Program-made: the position numbers and the translations under genes
Assembly (NCBI GenBank): GCA_964016885.1
Contig: OZ024740.1
Span: 247,690,001 to 247,754,000 of the forward strand
Length of the DNA: 64,000 bases
From: Eledone cirrhosa
Lineage: Eukaryota
Reading direction: 5' to 3'
In this document: positions 14,903 to 28,599 of the stretch, piece after piece
Numbering within the stretch: the stretch's first letter is position 1
Layout of the letters: each line of letters opens with the position of its first letter
Notes under the pieces: model-generated
What the model was told of the DNA's origin: nothing
The model's input: only the letters and a program-made list of their open reading frames with translations
Database searches by the model: none

Positions 14903-15538
14903 TGAATGTATATATAGTGTATTTTGCAATACACTGTATGCTTAATTAAAAGCATTTGTTTTAGAGTAGTAACAGTCTCACTTTAAATTTTCAGCAAACA
15001 AGGGGAGATAAAGCTGACAGAGCTCTGTTTCGTACTTTTTGGTACTTATCAAAGCTAAGTACTCCACCTGTTTGCTGAAAATCATGAATGTTTGATTCTT
15101 ATAGAATTCTAGTAATAATCAGGAACTGATTATACAGAGCGGTTGCCGGTCAAGCAGAAATTTAAAATTAGAATTGGTGCTCTGAAATAGCGATATATAT
15201 ATATGAATGTATATATAGTGTATTTTGCAATACACTGTATGCTCTGTATAATCAGTTCCTGATTATTACTAGAATTCTATAAGAATCAAACATTCATGAT
15301 TTTCAGCAAACAGGTGGAGTCCTTAGCTTTGATAAGTACCAAAAAGTACGAAACAGAGCTCTGTCAGCTTTATCTCCCATTGTTTGCTGAAAATTTAAAG
15401 TAAGTGACACTGTCACTACTCTAAAACAACAGCGTAAGGTCTTCGAAATGTTTTTAATTAAGCATACAGTGTATTGCAAAATACACTATATATACATTCA
15501 TATATATATCGCTATTTCAGAGCACCAATTCTAATTTT
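14903..15538. mobile_element. Small non-coding HHR element: ~300-nt terminally redundant monomer (-) plus an inverted, permuted copy (+)
   Basis: 14903-14942 repeats at 15204-15243, and 15241-15538 is the reverse complement starting at a different point. HHR AGCU-UUGAUAA-GUACcaaaaaGUAC-GAAA-CAGAGCUCUG-UC-AGCU at 15012-15056 (-) and 15325-15369 (+). Confidence 0.85.
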
Positions 15539-15574
15539 ATATTATATATATATATATACATATCTATCTCTCTA

Positions 15575-15707
<133 letters not shown>

Positions 15708-15717
15708 AATTAATTTG

Positions 15718-15752
<35 letters not shown>

Positions 15753-15783
15753 AGTGTAATTTTCTACACAAAACGAAGGTTAT

Positions 15784-16208
15784 AGAGAAAATTGAGGTTG
15801 GTAATGGCACATGGAATATATAAGAGACAGAATACTTTTTTGTGAAAAAACATAATTTTATAAGGTAAGGAAATAATAAAGGGTATAAAAAATGACCGGT
15901 TTCGATGGGTCTGCAAAAGCCATCTTTTCAAATGTTGATTAATATTAAGAAAAATTAATAATACGAAGAGTTAAAATTTGAGACTTGAAAATTCAAGTAT
16001 AAAATTCATTGTGGGATTTCATAGCAGTTTTCATCTAGGTAGCAACAACAGGTTGACTGCTGTGTCCCTTTCTGGTAGTGAATGAGAAGTTATTTGGGGT
16101 GTGGGTTATTTTATAAAGGTCAGATTTAGCAATAGCCAGCTGCTGGTCAGTGAGGGGGTGGAAGCAATATACACACACATACCTTCATCCACACATACAC
16201 ACACATAC

Positions 16209-16247
<39 letters not shown>

Positions 16248-16308
16248 CACACATACATACACACACACATACATATACATACACACACACACACACATAT
16301 ATACACAT

Positions 16309-16373
<65 letters not shown>

Positions 16374-18055
16374 TATATATACATACACATACATCCAGAT
16401 ACACAAATGGTTCAACATACAGACAAGTATCAGGTACGGCAATGGGCACGAAAGTAGCACCCACATATGCCAACCTAGTCATGGGATTCCATGAACAACA
16501 AATATACAGTCAGTCCCTTCTCTTATTTGGAGACTCTTTCCACACACACCTCAAAGCCAATTGGAAAAGATATCTAGACGACTGCTTTATCCTATGGCAA
16601 GAAGACATGAACTCACTTACTACGTTTAAAAACATGATAAACAACATAGATAATAACATACAATTCACAATGGAATCCAATCCTAAGGAATTAGCCTTCT
16701 TGGATATTCTCATCTCTGTAATAGACGGGAAATTAGATACAGATATATTCTATAAACCCACAGATTCCAAGCAATACCTCTTTTTCACATCAAGTCACCC
16801 AAAACATACAAAACTTAACATTCCTTACAATTTGGCCAAACGTATATGTACCATAGTATCAGATCCACCTAAACGGGAGCAAAGACTAAAGGAACTAAAA
16901 GACACCCTTATCTTAAGAGCCTTTCCACTTGAAATAATCAACAATGGAATAGACAGGGCAAAACACCTAAATCCCCATCAACTTAACAATCCAAAACAGA
17001 AAACCACACTCAACACCCTGCCATATGTATCCACTTTCAACCCCAGAAATACCGAAATGTTTGATCACCTACACAAAAACCTCCCCATCCTACTTAAAGA
17101 TGTAAAAATGAAGTCTATTCTTGAAACACACAAGATCCTTAAAAGTAAAAGACAACCCAAATCACTTAAACGCATTCTCACTGGACCAAATATACCCAAA
17201 CCAATCCTCAACCCTACAGTTACCAAATGTGGTAGAACAAACTGTGGAACGTGCCTCTACCTCACTGAAGGACAAACATTTACATTCAAAGATGGCCAAA
17301 CATTTACAGTAAAAAACAATTTCACCTGCAACTCGGAGAACTTGATTTACGCAATAACTTGCGGTGGGTGCAAACACAACTACATAGGACAGACGGGCAC
17401 CTCATTACGCAAAAGAATGACCATCCACCGCCAACAAATCCGGGACGCTAACACAAGAAAAATCCCCTTGAGCAGCCATATTGCGAACTGCGCAGGAATG
17501 ACACTACCCAACTTTAAAATCTTCCCCTTCTACAAGTGCTCAGATTCGTTCACACAACAACAAAGAATAAACAAAGAAAATCTATTCCTTAACAAATTTA
17601 AACCAAAACTAAACGGGTTATCACCCCAATAGAATTGTCATAAAATATAAACACACATACGCACGGAATCACTACTATTAAAGACCAGAGACCAATTCTG
17701 TAGAATCAGGTTTATTCATTGACAGACCATGCCTTTGTGTGACCAACACATCCATGTTAAACCCTGCACGTGCACACACGTATATCTATATATATATGCG
17801 CACACAGAATTATTTTAATTTCACTGCCCCAACTTCTTATATTATGGAAAAAATATATGTGTCTGTATGTATATATATATATATATATATTTGAAGGCCA
17901 TTTCTCTGTGTGTGGGTGTGTGTATGTGTGTGTGTGTGTGTGTGAGTATGTGTGTGCATGTGGATGTATGTATTGTGTGTGCGTGTGTGTGTGTGTGTGT
18001 GTATGTATGTGGGTATCTGGATGTATGCGTATGTGTATATATATATATATATGCA

Positions 18056-18087
<32 letters not shown>

Positions 18088-18194
18088 TGTGTGTATGTGT
18101 GTATATATATGTGTGTGTGTGTGTGTGTGTATGTTTGTATGTGTGTATGTATATATATATATGTGTGTGTGTATGTATGTGTGGGGGTGTGTGG

Positions 18195-18250
<56 letters not shown>

Positions 18251-18323
18251 ATATATATATATGTGTGTGGGTGTGTGTGTGTGTATGTATGTGTGTATCT
18301 GGATGTATGTGTATGTATATATA

Positions 18324-18384
<61 letters not shown>

Positions 18385-18445
18385 ATGTGTATATATGTGT
18401 GTGTGTGTGTGTATGTATATGTATGTGTGTGTGTATGTATGTGTG

Positions 18446-18484
<39 letters not shown>

Positions 18485-18908
18485 GTATGTGTGTGTATGT
18501 GTGGATGAAGGTATGTGTGTGTATATTGCTTCCACCCCCTCACTGACCAGCAGCTGGCTATTGCTAAATCTGACCTTTATAAAATAACCCACACCCCAAA
18601 TAACTTCTCATTCACTACCAGAAAGGGACACAGCAGTCAACCTGTTGTTGCTACCTAGATGAAAACTGCTATGAAATCCCACAATGAATTTTATACTTGA
18701 ATTTTCAAGTCTCAAATTTTAACTCTTCGTATTATTAATTTTTCTTAATATTAATCAACATTTGAAAAGATGGCTTTTGCAGACCCATCGAAACCGGTCA
18801 TTTTTTATACCCTTTATTATTTCCTTACCTTATAAAATTATGTTTTTTCACAAAAAAGTATTCTGTCTCTTATATATTCCATGTGCCATTACCAACCTCA
18901 ATTTTCTC
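15784..18908 (+). mobile_element. 5'-truncated PLE (Neptune-like) flanked by ~615-bp inverted pseudo-LTRs
   Basis: 15784-16399 is the reverse complement of ~18295-18908. Both arms carry HHR UUGAAAA-GAUGG...CCAUC-GAAA-CCGG-UC (18757-18804 +, 15889-15936 -). Confidence 0.9.
16400..17632 (+). CDS. PLE ORF, uninterrupted C-terminal part: RT motifs 4-7, Cys-rich linker, GIY-YIG endonuclease
   Basis: YRQVSGTAMGTKVAPTYANL, WKRYLDDCF, LAFLDI, FYKPTDSKQYL, CGRTNCGTC, NLIYAITCGGCKHNYIGQTG...R, FKPKLN. Confidence 0.92.
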   Translation, partial: YTNGSTYRQVSGTAMGTKVAPTYANLVMGFHEQQIYSQSLLLFGDSFHTHLKANWKRYLDDCFILWQEDMNSLTTFKNMINNIDNNIQFTMESNPKELAFLDILISVIDGKLDTDIFYKPTDSKQYLFFTSSHPKHTKLNIPYNLAKRICTIVSDPPKREQRLKELKDTLILRAFPLEIINNGIDRAKHLNPHQLNNPKQKTTLNTLPYVSTFNPRNTEMFDHLHKNLPILLKDVKMKSILETHKILKSKRQPKSLKRILTGPNIPKPILNPTVTKCGRTNCGTCLYLTEGQTFTFKDGQTFTVKNNFTCNSENLIYAITCGGCKHNYIGQTGTSLRKRMTIHRQQIRDANTRKIPLSSHIANCAGMTLPNFKIFPFYKCSDSFTQQQRINKENLFLNKFKPKLNGLSPQ

Positions 18909-19149
18909 TCTATATATATATATATATATATATGGGATCGACACATGTTGACTTGCTCGGTAAGTTTTGTTTAAATTTCTTTAGAAATTCGTCATTGTAA
19001 ACTTTTATTTTTATACCAATTTTAGATGGACTGACAGGTCAAATTTTGATCTGGTCAGTCTCCCAAAATATCGTGCACCTCAGGGCAAAAACATCTAACA
19101 TATTTTCGAAAATACTTTTGCAAAACACTTCAATTTCTTTTAAAAGGCC

Positions 19150-22100
19150 GAAGCAAAGGCACCTACTTCTTTGTCAAAACAAGAAGATGGGAAGGGAAAG
19201 ACATGCCTACTTGACCAGCAGGTAGTAGCAGACATAGACAAAGGAAGGCCAACATTATCGCCTCAACATTTAGAAGAGGAACAAGCTTCAGCTGCTTGTA
19301 AGCAACTGAACACGCCTGACGTCACAAACGTCACATATATCCACACACAGAAGGAAGAATGTGCAGCAAATACTAACACCACCACAAGCAACAACAACAA
19401 CAACACAATAAATGAGAACAACATCAATACAACAAAAGGAATCAGCGGCAACACAACGAATGAGACCATCATCACCATCAACAACAACAATAATAAAATT
19501 TCATTTGCAGCAACAGGATTTTAAATATTACCCCATGGACATTTCCCAAAAGTCCCAATATTTGGAAGAAGCTTCCAACTATGTGACGTTTAAGGGAGAC
19601 ACCCCACATATACACATACACCCACAAGTAAGAGAGATGACACAGAAAAAGAAACTGATCTACAGAACAGTTGACATCATTACCAAAAAACCCATAACGC
19701 TCCTCCCAACAAGCACTATTGAAGCTGCACTAAAAGATATCAAGCCAGACGTGGCATACCTCCAAAGAGCTAAACAGTATGGAAGTGTGTCAGTGCTCTT
19801 TAAGAACGAAACTCTGGCTCAAAAAACACTCGGTTCACCCAATAAAAACGGATCAACACATCTTCTTCCCCACATACATGGGAAGAAGATCCTACAAAAT
19901 AAAAATAACCAGGATCCCAGCAGAGGTCAACATGTGGTGCATCCTACCCTGCATCCTGAAGAAGGATGAGGACACCCTCCTATCTGTAGACAGGACAGAC
20001 TAGAATAACTGGTTTGGAACCTGCATCGAGGTTCTGGTACAAATGAGGCAAGAGAGAGTTGAGAAAATCCCGGACAGGATCGTCCTTGAGGAAGATGTCA
20101 TCTCCGTTTTAGTGGAGGGGAAAAGACCCCAGTGCCAGATGTATGGGAAAACCACACACTTAAAGGCCTTTTCTTTTGCCCTCTCTTAAACAAACCGAGG
20201 ACAAACAAGGAGTTATTACCAACACCCAAACCCCAACATCAACACCCCAAACCAAACACAACACAAAAATTTGCAACATCCACTCCCACACCACCACAGA
20301 CCAGAGACAACCACACAAACAAAATCCCACTGAAAAACCTTCCATTGCCTCCTCTCCCCCTGTCAAATACTTCCACAAACACTCCACCACACAACATACC
20401 CCTCCCATCTACCTCTGATTCAGAAGTCTCAGACACGGGAACCTCTATATCTCCAAGTGAGAATGAAGAAGAACCCCAAAAATCCAAAAAACCAAAAAAA
20501 GACAAAAAAAAACACAAAACAAAAACATCTACACAAAACAGGCACACACCCAACCCCACCATAAACACACCACCACTAACAACAAACACACCAACACAAC
20601 CAAACACTTCAGCAACAAAATAAAATAAACACCCACACCACCACAATCACAAACCCCAACCACAAAAGAAAACTACAAACAGAAACAGCACACATAAAAA
20701 ACAAAACACATTACACATACATAAAAACTACAAACAAAGAATTAGTGGAAACTGTCCGAAAGGACCCTACTATCCAAACGGAAGGGAAAACCTTCCCCAC
20801 CAACGACCCACACCCAAACCTTAAACTGATCAGGGTAACAACCCTACAACATGAAACATTGAAAGGGACCTTCCCACATGATGTGCCCCCCTCCCCTTGC
20901 CAAATACCCCTTAACCGTGTCCTGCTAAAAGGATTCCCTCCCTCCCCAAACACACCCAATCTGGACATGGGGATCGAACAACCTGACCTCCAGGAAACGA
21001 AAAGGTAAGTGTTTCTGCCTTTTCTCCTTCTAACTCTTCTTCACCAACATGGCGACTATACAAGTTGGATGTTTGAATGTACGTGGCCTGGGCATGCCCT
21101 GGTAACAGGGCCCGCTTTTAAATGATCTCAGGTCACATTGTATAGATGTGATAGCAATCACCGAGTCCAGGATTCACAAGCAGCAGCTAAATCCCATGTT
21201 CGATTACTTTGAGATCTACGCATCTCTCTGTCAGCCAGGAGGTGGAGGCTGTTCTGTTTAGAAAAAACTTGGATCTCAAAGCACAAACGATTCACTTGAA
21301 CCCGGGGAGCAGCTTGGTGATCCTGGACGTGAATTGTAGTGAAGGTGGAGCTTTCAGACTGGTGGCCGTATATGCCACGACTGGGACATCGCGACCAGAG
21401 TTCTTCAAGTGTCTGGAGCCATTCCTGGGAACGTCTCGCTCCTTGGTGTTAGCGGGGGACTGGAATGGCATCTTAGATGCACGTTGGGACTATGTAGGAG
21501 CTTGTGATTATAGAGGGGGGTGTAATAGCCTCAAAAATCTCATCAGCCAATTCCAACTGGCTGATAGATATCGACTAGACTTCCCAAGTGTACCACTGTG
21601 GACGTGGAGCAACCGCACTGGGTCTTCTAGATCGTATTTAGAAAGATTTTCAATTAGACAGAAAGATAAGGAAACATTAAGCTGTCTACAAATGCACATG
21701 GTTGCCTATTCAGACCACACATTAGTCACCTGCGTAGTCAACCTTGATAGAACACATAGACAGGGACCCGGATACTGGAAGCGAAACATGTCGCTTCCGG
21801 TGCTTAAGGCCTACAGTAAACGGATTAGCCCCTTAGTTAAGTGCCAGTTGACGGGGGTGATCGTCAACAACAGGTGGTGGAGCTCTCTCAAGAGAGCAAT
21901 TAGAATAGAATCGATAGCATTTAGCAAGGAAGTAGCTTTAGAAAAAAACAAAACCGAAAAGGAACTGGTAGCTAAAGTAGAAGAGGCACTTAGGAATAGC
22001 AGTACAGGTGACATGTTAGCGGCGAGAACGGCACTAGACCAGTTCTTCAACGTGTATTGTCAGAAGTAGAACACGTGCTCTAAGAAACGAGGGAGCCAAA

Positions 22101-23752
22101 GCTGTTAGCTGGGTCCGAGTGGCAGAGGCGAAAAGTGGCAACAAATCCACAATTCGTTCCTTGCAAGGCAAAGATGGACGCATTCTACTTGAATCCAAGC
22201 AGATTTACACGGCCTTCCAGCAGTATTTTGCATAACTGTTCGGGCAAAGGGGTACGTCGAGGGAGGTGATGGACTTCAGCTTCTACCTCGACGGCGTACC
22301 ACGACTCTCGAACACGGATGCGGAGAGCTGCGAAAGGCCGATCACAGCGGGCGAAATAGATGCCCTAGGCCGCTGTGGGAAACGCAAATCACCCAGTTTA
22401 GATAGTCTACCCTATGAGTTTTACATAGGCATGCCAGACTTGTTCTCTGGCGTCCTCGAAGCTGTCTACTGCAACTGGCTGCAGAACGGGAGAATTCCCA
22501 GTTCTGTAGGCAGAGGTGTAGTAACGCTGATCAAGAAAGATGAGAACAAGGGGGATGAGATAAGCAATTTCAGGCCCATAACTCTGCTCAACACAGAGTT
22601 AAAGATTTTAGCCAAGGTGTTAGCGGCGAGGCTGGCGCTTGTCGTCGAGAACCTGGTAGGGAAAGCGCAAACGTGTGCAATCTCGACCAGGTTCATACAC
22701 GACAATCTGCACCTCATGCGATACTTCATAGAGAGGGTAGGGTGTAAACCTGGCTTCGGTGGGGCTCTGATCAATTTAGATCAGTCTAAGGAATTTGATA
22801 GGGTCGACCATCAATACTTGGAAGCGGTTGTCAAGGCAGCCGGGTTCTGTCCCGTCTTCAGAGGCTGGATCGCTGTCATGCACACCAGCATGTGCTCGGC
22901 AGTCAAGGTGAATGATTACCTATCGGAGCCATTCCAAATCATGCGTTCCATCCGTCAGGGGTGCCCTCTCTCCTCCATTCTGTATGTACTGACCCTCGAG
23001 CCATTACTGCGGAAATTGGAGCTGTTGCAGGGCATCCCGATAGAACCAGGACTGCGGAAAGCAGCGTCGGCCTATGCCGACGACATAACCGTAATGGTGT
23101 CGAAAATCTCGGACATCGGGGGTAATCGGCAACCTATTACAGGAATACGAAACATTGATAGGACCAAGACTAAACCCAAACAAGGCTGTCGGTTTGCAAC
23201 TCGGCACATGGAGAGGCAAACCCATGCCTTCCGACAGTGTCGTTGGACGCTGGACGGAAGGACCGGTGAAATTGCTCGGGGTCTGGTTTGGTCCAGACCT
23301 CCAGGTGGATAAAAACTGGAACGAGGTCACGGTGAAGGTGTTTTCACTCACCCAGAAGTGGGCTGAGTGCAACAAACTCTCCTTGAAAGGTCGAGCGGAG
23401 GTAGCAAACACTTACATAGCGTCCGTCATCTACTACCGCTTGAAAGTCGTGCCTTGTCCCCGCGAATACCTCACCAAAATGGAACGCCTACTCTTCAAGT
23501 TCCTCTGGAAGAAACAGGCTCCATTGGTGATGAGACCCATCTGCTGTCAACACCCTTCTAGCGGAGGGCTGGGCATGCCGTGGCTGATGATGCGCAAACA
23601 CGCGCTGCGGCTACGCCATCTCCAGCTGGCTTCGGTGGGGCTCTGATCAATTTAGATCAGTCTAAGGCATTTGATAGGGTCGACCATCAATACTTGGAAG
23701 CGGTTCTCAAGGCGGCCGGGTTCTGTCCCGTCTTCAGAGGCTGGATCGCTGT
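19150..23752 (+). mobile_element. Decayed L1/Tx1-clade LINE (ORF1 with degenerate CCHC knuckle; ORF2 APE+RT), 3'-truncated
   Basis: ORF2 starts at 21049 with MATIQVGCLNVRGL. It has GDWN, SDH, GPGYWK, NFRPITLLNTELKILAK, RQGCPLS and YADD, and is broken by several stops and frameshifts. Confidence 0.9.
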
Positions 23753-24093
23753 CTGTATATCTGTCTGTATATCTGGCTGTCTGCATTACGTCACTTCCTA
23801 CAATTCGCTCTGCGTCCAGAACGCGCCCTTATAATATCTGTTAGTATGTCTGGCTGTCTGCTGCTTCCAGTTATTCTCCACCCTTGCTCCAGACAAATCT
23901 CACACTCATTCCCCAAACAGTTGGTAAGTGCACACAATTTCTTCCTCACGTTTTAAGCCACAGTGTTGCTTACTTACGTACTACCAGACCCTTACATCTT
24001 TGCCAGCCGTGGTTGTGGCAATACTAAGCTTAGCTAAGGCGGTTATATATATCATAATACCTTATCCCGTGCAACGCCGGGTACCACTGCTAG
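23753..24093 (+). mobile_element. Non-autonomous Helitron-like fragment
   Basis: 3' end cccgtgcaacgccggg hairpin followed by CTAG-T; (gtct)-rich 5' region like the elements at 52-54 kb. Confidence 0.55.
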
Positions 24094-24107
24094 TTATATA
24101 TACAATA

Positions 24108-24292
24108 GGTACATTCATATATACATCGCTATTTCAGAGCTCCAACACAAATTTCTAATTGTTGCTGGGCCGGCAACCACTCTTGATTTTAAACAGCTCA
24201 TAAACATAATTGGTATATAAAACATACAGTATATTATTAAATATACAATACGTACATTCAATATATACATCACTATTTCAGAGCTACAACAC
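24108..24292 (+). repeat. ~145-nt terminally redundant unit related to the 14903-15538 element
   Basis: gtacattca..atacatcRctatttcagagct at both ends. It shares cgctatttcagagc, ccggcaacc and catacagt with 14903-15538. Confidence 0.6.
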
Positions 24293-24298
24293 ACACAC

Positions 24299-24398
<100 letters not shown>

Positions 24399-24499
24399 AC
24401 ACACACATATATATATATATATTCCCACCTGCATTGTTGTGGCTTTCTAAACTACATATTTTACACATTTCACAATGCTTCAAGCAAACTTTAACACCC

Positions 24500-24540
<41 letters not shown>

Positions 24541-24755
24541 AATGTATATATATATATATATACTATATATATTATATAAGAATGTATATATGTGTGCACA
24601 CATGGATGTATGTATGCAGGTATGTATTTACGAACATATTGAGAAAACTACTGAGAAAATGTGAAGTAGAACAACGGACAGTTGAAATAACATCTGTATA
24701 TGTACGTGTAAAAACAATATAAATATTCTCTCATGTCTTGAATAATTTCGCAATG

Positions 24756-24819
<64 letters not shown>

Positions 24820-24970
24820 GGGGAGGGAGAGAGAGGGAGAGAGAGAGAGGGGGAGAGAGAGGGAGCATGAGAGAGGCGTGTGTGAGTGTGCATGTTGGAT
24901 ACATGCCTAGAGTTGTGTTGCTTTTAAATACACACATAGATAGGTGTGTGTGTGCCTCTCTCTCTCTCTC

Positions 24971-25040
<70 letters not shown>

Positions 25041-25549
25041 GATATATAGATATATATATATATACACCTAGATAAATATATACATATATATATATGTGTG
25101 TGTGTGTGTGTGTTGTGTATGTGCGTGTATATATATGTGTGAATATAGGTATGTATATATGTATGTTTGTATGTATGTATTGTATATATATATAACCTTA
25201 TATATATACATACCCCATTATATAATTATATGCATGTGTGCTCACACTCTTAGACACACACATATAATATATATATATATATATATGCATATATATATAT
25301 ATACATACATATATAAATATGCATACATATATACATACACTTATATATGCATATATACATACAATTATATATATATATATATATATATACATACTCATAC
25401 ATATACAATTATATATATATATATGCATACTCATACATATATACGTAAATATATACATATATATATATGGCGGGGGTGTATATACACACACACATACATG
25501 TACATATACGTATATAATGCGTTGGTGTATCTCAAGCAGCATATTTGTG

Positions 25550-27125
25550 TGTATAGTGAGTTGGGTAGGTTGTTTTGTAGTGTATGGTTCAAGACCAGTT
25601 AACAGTAATAAATTATAAGGAGCTGAGAAGGAGAAGCTGATAAAATACAATAAACGAGATAAAATTTGTTTAAAAAACGGTATACCTTTTGTATTTTATT
25701 GTTTATCTATGTGGTGGTAGAGGTGTATAAATATGGATATGTGAGTGTTATTGTTTGAATTAAAATGAGGGTTAGGGATAGAGTTAGAATTATGATTCGG
25801 ATTAGTGTTAGTATAGTTATCGTGAACGGTCTACGAGTCTTGTTAATGGATTAGTATGTTCACGTGATAGCCAGTGCTTTAGGATTATAATCCTTCATCA
25901 AACTATATTATTTCTGGCTTGGTAAATTCATCACCCGTTGGAGTATGTTTATAGATGTTTCCTTGTGTCCAGGTCTCAGCGACAGTTTAGAGTAGGCACC
26001 CGCTTGCTAATGAAAGATGCCACCGCTATTCTTAGGTCAACCGTATCTCTTAGCTCCGCAAGAATTTCTGAGGTTATTCTTTTCTACATATTTCTTTGTC
26101 TTGAAACGCTGCGCTCGGTGGTGCCACTTTATCAAAATGTTCGCGTATTCGGTTATGTTGTTGGCTTTTGGTGGAAACGATGTATTGGCTCTACATGGGC
26201 AGTCTAGCTCATACATTACTTGTTCTCTCAGGCATATTGGTTTTATATTGCTGTTGTTGTTAATTCCTGTGGTAGTGTATTTCCTGACAGGGCATCTCCG
26301 AAGCCAGTAAGCGATGCTCTGCGTGAGGTGTTATCTCAACGTCCTTCTACGCCTTGTTAATCGCGCTGGGAGACCTGATATGTTGATACAGTTTCTAAGA
26401 CGATTTTTATGTCTGTTCTCCTTAGTATGGCAGATCACTGTTGACCCAGGTTTCATCTTTGTGCTCTCATTTCGTTTTCTCCCTATTTTCTTGTTGTTGG
26501 TGTTAGTGTGCCTTTCGTCGTTGTTGTTGGTCTGCGAGTGATTGTGGTTGCTATTAGGACTAAGAGTGGTGGTTGGTGTTGTCGTGTGATGTCTATCACT
26601 GTGTTTGTGTTTGTATTCTCCTCTTATAGTGTCGACAACGTTTTTTTACAAATTATTGTTCATAGTCACTCTTGAACAGCAGTTTCCGAAAGTTGTTTAG
26701 CACAGATCTTGTTTGAGTGACCTCGTCGCATCTGTCCGTGCGGCATTCCTGGTCACGTGATATTTTTGGCTTTGTGAATATACTGAGTCATAGAAGCATA
26801 TGTTGGTCTTTCGTGAAGCTAGAGTATAGGGTAAAGTCGAGCAGACATACGGAACTATTGGCTGTTGGGTGTTCGATGTCGAACTTGATGGTATTTCATA
26901 TATTTCCTCCGCCTCGTCCTTGAAATAGGTTAGCGTTAGTGTGTCATCTACGTATCTCCGGTACAATGCAATGTATCGTCCGGAGTGTAGTACTCTTGTT
27001 ATCAAGCTATCCATTTTAGGGTTGCCAGGGTTCCATCAGAAGGCCAGTGGCTTGCTTTAGGTGATGTTTTTATACCTGAAGAATGTGTTGTTAGTAGAGA
27101 ATTCAATCAGCAAGGTGAGGCTTGT
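25550..27125 (-). mobile_element. Decayed PLE (RT and GIY-YIG fragments)
   Basis: KQATGLLM(G)TL, YIALYRRYVDDTLTLT and downstream frameshifted endonuclease-like segments. Confidence 0.7.
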
Positions 27126-27159
27126 AAATGGAAAGACTGCTGCGTTTCTCTGTCCTTCC

Positions 27160-27715
27160 TCTTTACCACACACAAAAAACTCATATCCAAACACGCACAC
27201 ACACACCAGTACACTACACTCCCTCCTACTGTCCCCAACACCTTTTCTCTCCCTCTCTCTCTCCCCTCTCTACCAACAACCCCTCACACAGACATCCCAC
27301 TAAAACCTCCACTAATATACACACCAACCCCCCACACCACCACATTCTCCCTCCACCTTTCACGCCTCCCCCTCCCCTCCCCTGTCCACCGTACCTCCAC
27401 ACACACATACACACAGTCCACACCATATACTGACCCTCTCTATACCTGTCATCCCCTCTATTCCCTACTGCTATCTCTTCACCCTGCCTTGACCCTCTGA
27501 CCGCTTCCTGTTGCGCGCGCGCACCAGATCTCTCCCCTTCCTCACTACCACACCAGGATTTCACACCGCCGGTCATCGCTCCAGCTATCCATGCTGCCAC
27601 ACGCGGAATCTTCAACATCTGGTCTCACACTCCGTGGAAATACCCTAGGAACATACACACCAACAAACACTTACATTATTTTCGAACCACGCCATCATAC
27701 ATCCACACCACATAT

Positions 27716-27778
<63 letters not shown>

Positions 27779-28255
27779 TATCCTCACATACACACACTCA
27801 GCCTCCGGACTCTACACGCCCCCTTTCCCCCACTCCCTCTAACCCCTCTCCATACACACACACACACGTACACCTACACACATACACACACACCACCTTC
27901 AGCCCTCCCCACTCGGACCCCCGTCTCCCTCTCCCCTCTCCAACCCCCTCCACCCACTACCACCCCTATACGCCTCACGCCTTTCACCTCCTGTTTCTTT
28001 TTATTTAAAAAAAAATGTTTCCTCCCTTTTCTATCCCCACCTTTTTTAAAATCATTTTGTTAATGTCTTTCGACCACTCCCCCACACACCCTCTGAACTC
28101 TCTTCCTACCTACTTTTCTTCTGATGATGGGCTTATGCCCGAAACGTCGTCCCCCATCCCCCAGTCTCAAGCGTGAAACTAATAACATTTGTACTGCCTC
28201 TTCGCTTCCACGTTTTTTTTTGTTTTTGTTTTTTTTTTTGTTTTCTGTTTACTTT

Positions 28256-28258
<3 letters not shown>
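27160..28258 (+). mobile_element. C/A-rich PLE 3' UTR or pseudo-LTR with HHR core; same family as 49630-51000
   Basis: Shared blocks (ttcctgttgcgcgcgcacc, caccttcagccctcccc.ctcggac) and CUGAUGA-UGGGCuuauGCCC-GAAAC-GUC-GUC at 28121-28151. Confidence 0.7.
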
Positions 28259-28316
<58 letters not shown>

Positions 28317-28457
28317 CCCAAGGTTAAACAAGGTTCATTGATTAATCAATGAATATAGTTTTACAATAGATTAGAAGCACTCAACAATGTTTTCTGGAGT
28401 TATTAATATTAATTCAAAATATTAATAAATATAGACATTCAATGTAATCAAAATAGA

Positions 28458-28518
28458 TTTTATTATATATATTTCGGAGGTATGTGCTGTTTTTTTAGTA
28501 CGTCCTCATCAGATAAAA
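28458..28518 (-). ncRNA. Type I HHR, canonical core
   Basis: UUUUAU-CUGAUGA-GGA...UCC-GAAA-UAUAUA-UA-AUAAAA. Confidence 0.8.
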
Positions 28519-28599
28519 TATATAAATTGATGTATGACATACCTCAACTGTGCTGATCGTTCAATTCCAGTCTTGGCAGGACTGGAATTGAACCATGTC

